From positions 119,290,001-119,354,000 of the forward strand of contig NC_087436.1 of the NCBI RefSeq assembly GCF_036321535.1: a stretch of DNA of 64,000 bases, written 5' to 3'. A program made the translations under genes and the position numbers. Under the pieces are notes generated by a model. The model worked only from the letters and a program-made list of their open reading frames with translations. It was not told where the DNA came from and ran no database searches. Origin of the DNA: Camelus dromedarius (taxonomy: Eukaryota). Positions 60,456-64,000 of the stretch are shown piece by piece (the stretch's first letter is position 1; each line of letters starts with the position of its first letter).

Positions 60456-63400
60456 ATAAGACCCTAGATCAGCACTAGGATGACATGTTAGGTGAAAAAT
60501 GCAGGATACAAAAGTATATATTATTATTTAACATATTGAAATAATAAAAAATGTTAAGTTCTATGCAAAGGAAAAAACACCGATAATCCCACCAACATAC
60601 TAACAGTGAATAGGGTAGAGAAATTGTGTTGGTGCCCTTCTATTTTCATATTAAAAATACTGTAATGATATAAGTATATATAATATACTTTTATATAATA
60701 TGAATAATTTTTATATATAATAAAAGTAATATATTAAAAGTATATATGATAAATTTGAGCAGGAAAAAAGTGCTCTGAGCCTGAAAGAACGCTTCAACAA
60801 GTGAATGTGTTGCTTGAACAGAGCTGTCCAGGTATTTCTCGACAAGATCCACGTTTTATGTTTTGCTCAGAGAAGCCAGATTATAACTGGCTGGATAGAT
60901 TTATTTACTATCAGGTGCTCTTTATGATCAGTTGTGTTGTAACACAAGTACATTGAGAAAACATTCCGCAAACATAGTATCAGATTATGCTTTTTGAAGT
61001 AATTTTTATGAGTTTTGAGCAAACCTAAAACTACGTACAATGTATTAGAAAAAAGGAAGGGAAGTGCCTTAATCAGTCTGCCATGTATCTGCTCTGCGTG
61101 AGCACTGAAGACACTTAACTATACAGGGTGTGTCTCTTCCAGCTTGTGGGAGACACTCCTTTTACACCCTGAATGGCTAAGAACACTAATGAGAGCTGTA
61201 ATCTGAACTATTTTCAGTAATGTATGTGGTGTTACAAACGGGTATAAAAAAGATGCCACATTTCTTAGAACATTGTTACATAAGGGATGAGATTTTGGAA
61301 GATCAGTGAACTTCTTCAAAACTACTCCTCAGTTTCCCCCTTGACCCCCCTCCAAAAAAACCCCTTCCGTTATTAAATCACTCATTTAAAGATTGTGGGA
61401 TTACCATGTTTTGTCTGGCTATTTGTTGGAAAAGTACTTATGTAACTACTTAACTACCTAGATCTGTTTTCTTTTCTCCTTAATGGACAAATCATTTGGG
61501 ACTAATTATATCACTCTAAACACATGTAGACTAAAGAATTAAATGCTTTTGTTTTTAAAATTCAGTTGGTTATTCTAGTCCCAGGTCTGACTGAAAGTGT
61601 CACAGGCCCCAGGGTCCTGACCCCTGGAGACGGCGTGTGTGGGGGGGGGGTGGCACGGGGCTTCTGCCGGGGTGTCGTGGGAGTGAGCAGGGCTCGACCG
61701 ACATTTTGCTCACTCCACCACGTTCATTTCCAGGCTCTGATTAATATTAGACCTGAGGCTTCCGTTGATCCCCAAGCCTGCACAGAGTTGCTCCAGTCTT
61801 TGGGAGATGATTTTCATTCACCACCAGGGCTATTTTTAATCATAGAGTCCTTCAAACGTCTAGAAATTGTACACTAGGCCTCAGAAGGAAGCCAGCGTGT
61901 GCTCAGCTCCTGGGTCTGTACAGTTTGGGGATAGTGTGGCTTCACTGTGCAGACCGAGCTGCAGATGTGCACTTCCAGAACATGAACAACAGCAGAGGAG
62001 TCCGTGGTGTTTCCAGGCTCGTCCCCTGCGTGTCACCACTTGGGGCTTTGGCAGTGCCATACGTGAATCTAGTAGAGACCAAACTGCTACTGAATAAGGG
62101 GAAAGGCTTTGGTGTGACTGGAACTAGATTATTACAAATGAAGGTGATTTTATAGTTAACTGTTTTTTTTGTTTGTTTTTTTTAAGGATAGTGAGGAAGT
62201 TACTTTTTGTTCTGAAAGTGTATTTTACATAACTTCTTCAGGTACTCATATTACTGAGGGACGCTGTAAGAGTAAGCAAATAGAAACCGTTTAAGGGGGG
62301 TAGTTTGTCACAATGCTGCTTTCCATTTGTATGACATTTTGTGAAATGCAGAGGCCACCGATACATAGATGCATTCCTCATTTGCTCGCTGCAACAGCAT
62401 TGTGAGAAGTTGAGAAGTAGGGAGAGCAAGTATTTATTCTACTTTACAGATGCGAAAACAAAGACTCCAAGAAGTTATGGGCACAAAACTCCGCGGTGGA
62501 CAGACTACGGAAGCCTGCATGTTATGGGCCATTAGGCTGGCGCACTGTCTACTCTGCATCCTCCTTTGTGAATTAAAGAAGGCGCACGCATCCATGGGCA
62601 TTTAATTAGCTATATGTGTTTTTTGGTATCTTTAATAGAAACCATTTAAAATTTAAAGTAAAAAATACAAAAGAAATTTTAAAATAAGTGTATTATTGTT
62701 GGACCTTTTAAATTATCATTAATACAACCCAATCTTTAGGATAATTTGGGTTAATTTTTCATGGGAGAAGGATGCTCAAGGTGATTTGAAGGTCCTTTTT
62801 TCTCAGCGTAATCCTTTGGAGAAGGGAGGATTGAAAAAATGATGCAAAGCAAAGAATATACCGTGTATATACGGTGGTGCTTTTTCTTTAAAACTCTTTT
62901 AGAGAATTTAAACTAAAATGCAGTTTAACTTCATACTGACTAAACTTCACATTTGGAATGTATATAAAGGCGAATAGACAAGTTTTTTCCAGCTCTGTTC
63001 TTAAACTTGCCAAATGGATGTTAAATGGGTTTTGCACGTGCTTGTCAGATCCCTGAATTGTTTTGGCCACCTGAAATAAGTTTAAATTAAACATAATTTT
63101 CAGTTCAGAACTAGAAATAAAGAGTGTCTAATTTGGTCAAATGTTCGCCCCTCTACCAGAGCTTGCAGCTTAGGGAGGGGAAGCTTAGTTATGACCCAGA
63201 ACTTTATACCCGGGTCTTCTGCTAACAGTTTAAGTTCACATAAGGAGGATGGACACTCTTGAGCTCCAAGAGTGTTTAGACCCGTCTTCATGATACAAGA
63301 GGAAGCCAGCGTGGGGTGCTCCTGTCTCAGACCCACGTTATTAGTGTCCACTGACAGGTGCTGGCTGCCCAGATGACTGCAGAGTAGTCTGAAGCTACCA

Positions 63401-64000
63401 GACATACCAGGCTTTTCTGCCTTTTCCTCAGTCCTCTGAGTCTGTACTATATAGAGAGTAAAAACTAATTTTAATCACTAATAGCTCTAGGGATATGGCC
63501 AATTTAAAAATCATTTGGAATCAGCTTTTTTTTTTTTTTCCAGCTATTGAACAAGTTACAGCAAGCATTCCATTGGGGTAATGATGCAAGGGACGGTTTT
63601 AACTGACTTTGATGAGATCATGGGGGTTCGATGTTTTGCTTTATTTTTCATTTGTCTGCCTATCTGCCTATTTTTTTTCTCACCTACTTCTTGAACCCTT
63701 TCACTTGGCTAAATCTCTTAATGACAACTGAGAGAATCCTGTGGTTGGATTGATACCATGTTTAAAATAAACATGATAAAAATCTTCAACAGTATTTATC
63801 AGTCTTTACAGTGAACCAGTTTGGTCATGGTGTGAATTTTTAAGGCCTTCATGCATTTAAATAATTGAAAAAAGCCTTATACTAAGTTGTTCACGGTGAA
63901 ACGAGTATTTTAGAAGTTCTCTGGCAAAGATGATTATATAAATTTTATTAACGACATTCTTCTCATACCTCCGTACTCTCTGGATCTGGTGTATATTGTT

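Noticed and set aside
60660..60755. AT-rich low-complexity tract
   Set aside because: Decayed tail of an ancient L1 fragment with no stable period.
62860..62875. Near-palindrome accgtgtatatacggt
   Set aside because: Short and imperfect; expected by chance in 64 kb.

Overview
Non-coding mammalian genomic DNA, most likely camelid (alpaca, llama or camel), because it carries four tRNA-Ala(AGC)-derived Vic-1-type SINEs and young cetartiodactyl-type L1 3' ends. The first ~38 kb is GC-rich intergenic sequence rich in MIR, L2 and MaLR repeats. A ~1.4 kb CpG island (38370-39760) contains a TATA-less promoter and a non-coding first exon (donor CAG|GTACGG at 38938/38939) of a + strand gene. The rest of the window is its AT-richer first intron. 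I found no host protein-coding exon. The gene cannot be named from this sequence; ZBTB40 is only a tentative guess from the architecture and weak recall. The supplied ORFs are GC-rich or repeat-derived noise, except for fossil L1 ORF2 pieces and a ~2 kb decayed hAT/Charlie transposase (12101-14120) with nested younger insertions. I found no convincing new biological system. The best leads are the nested transposon stack, an internally primed L1 insertion, the promoter motif set, candidate enhancers and candidate 5'UTR or recursive splice sites. Repeat subfamily names come from recalled consensus features and are approximate.
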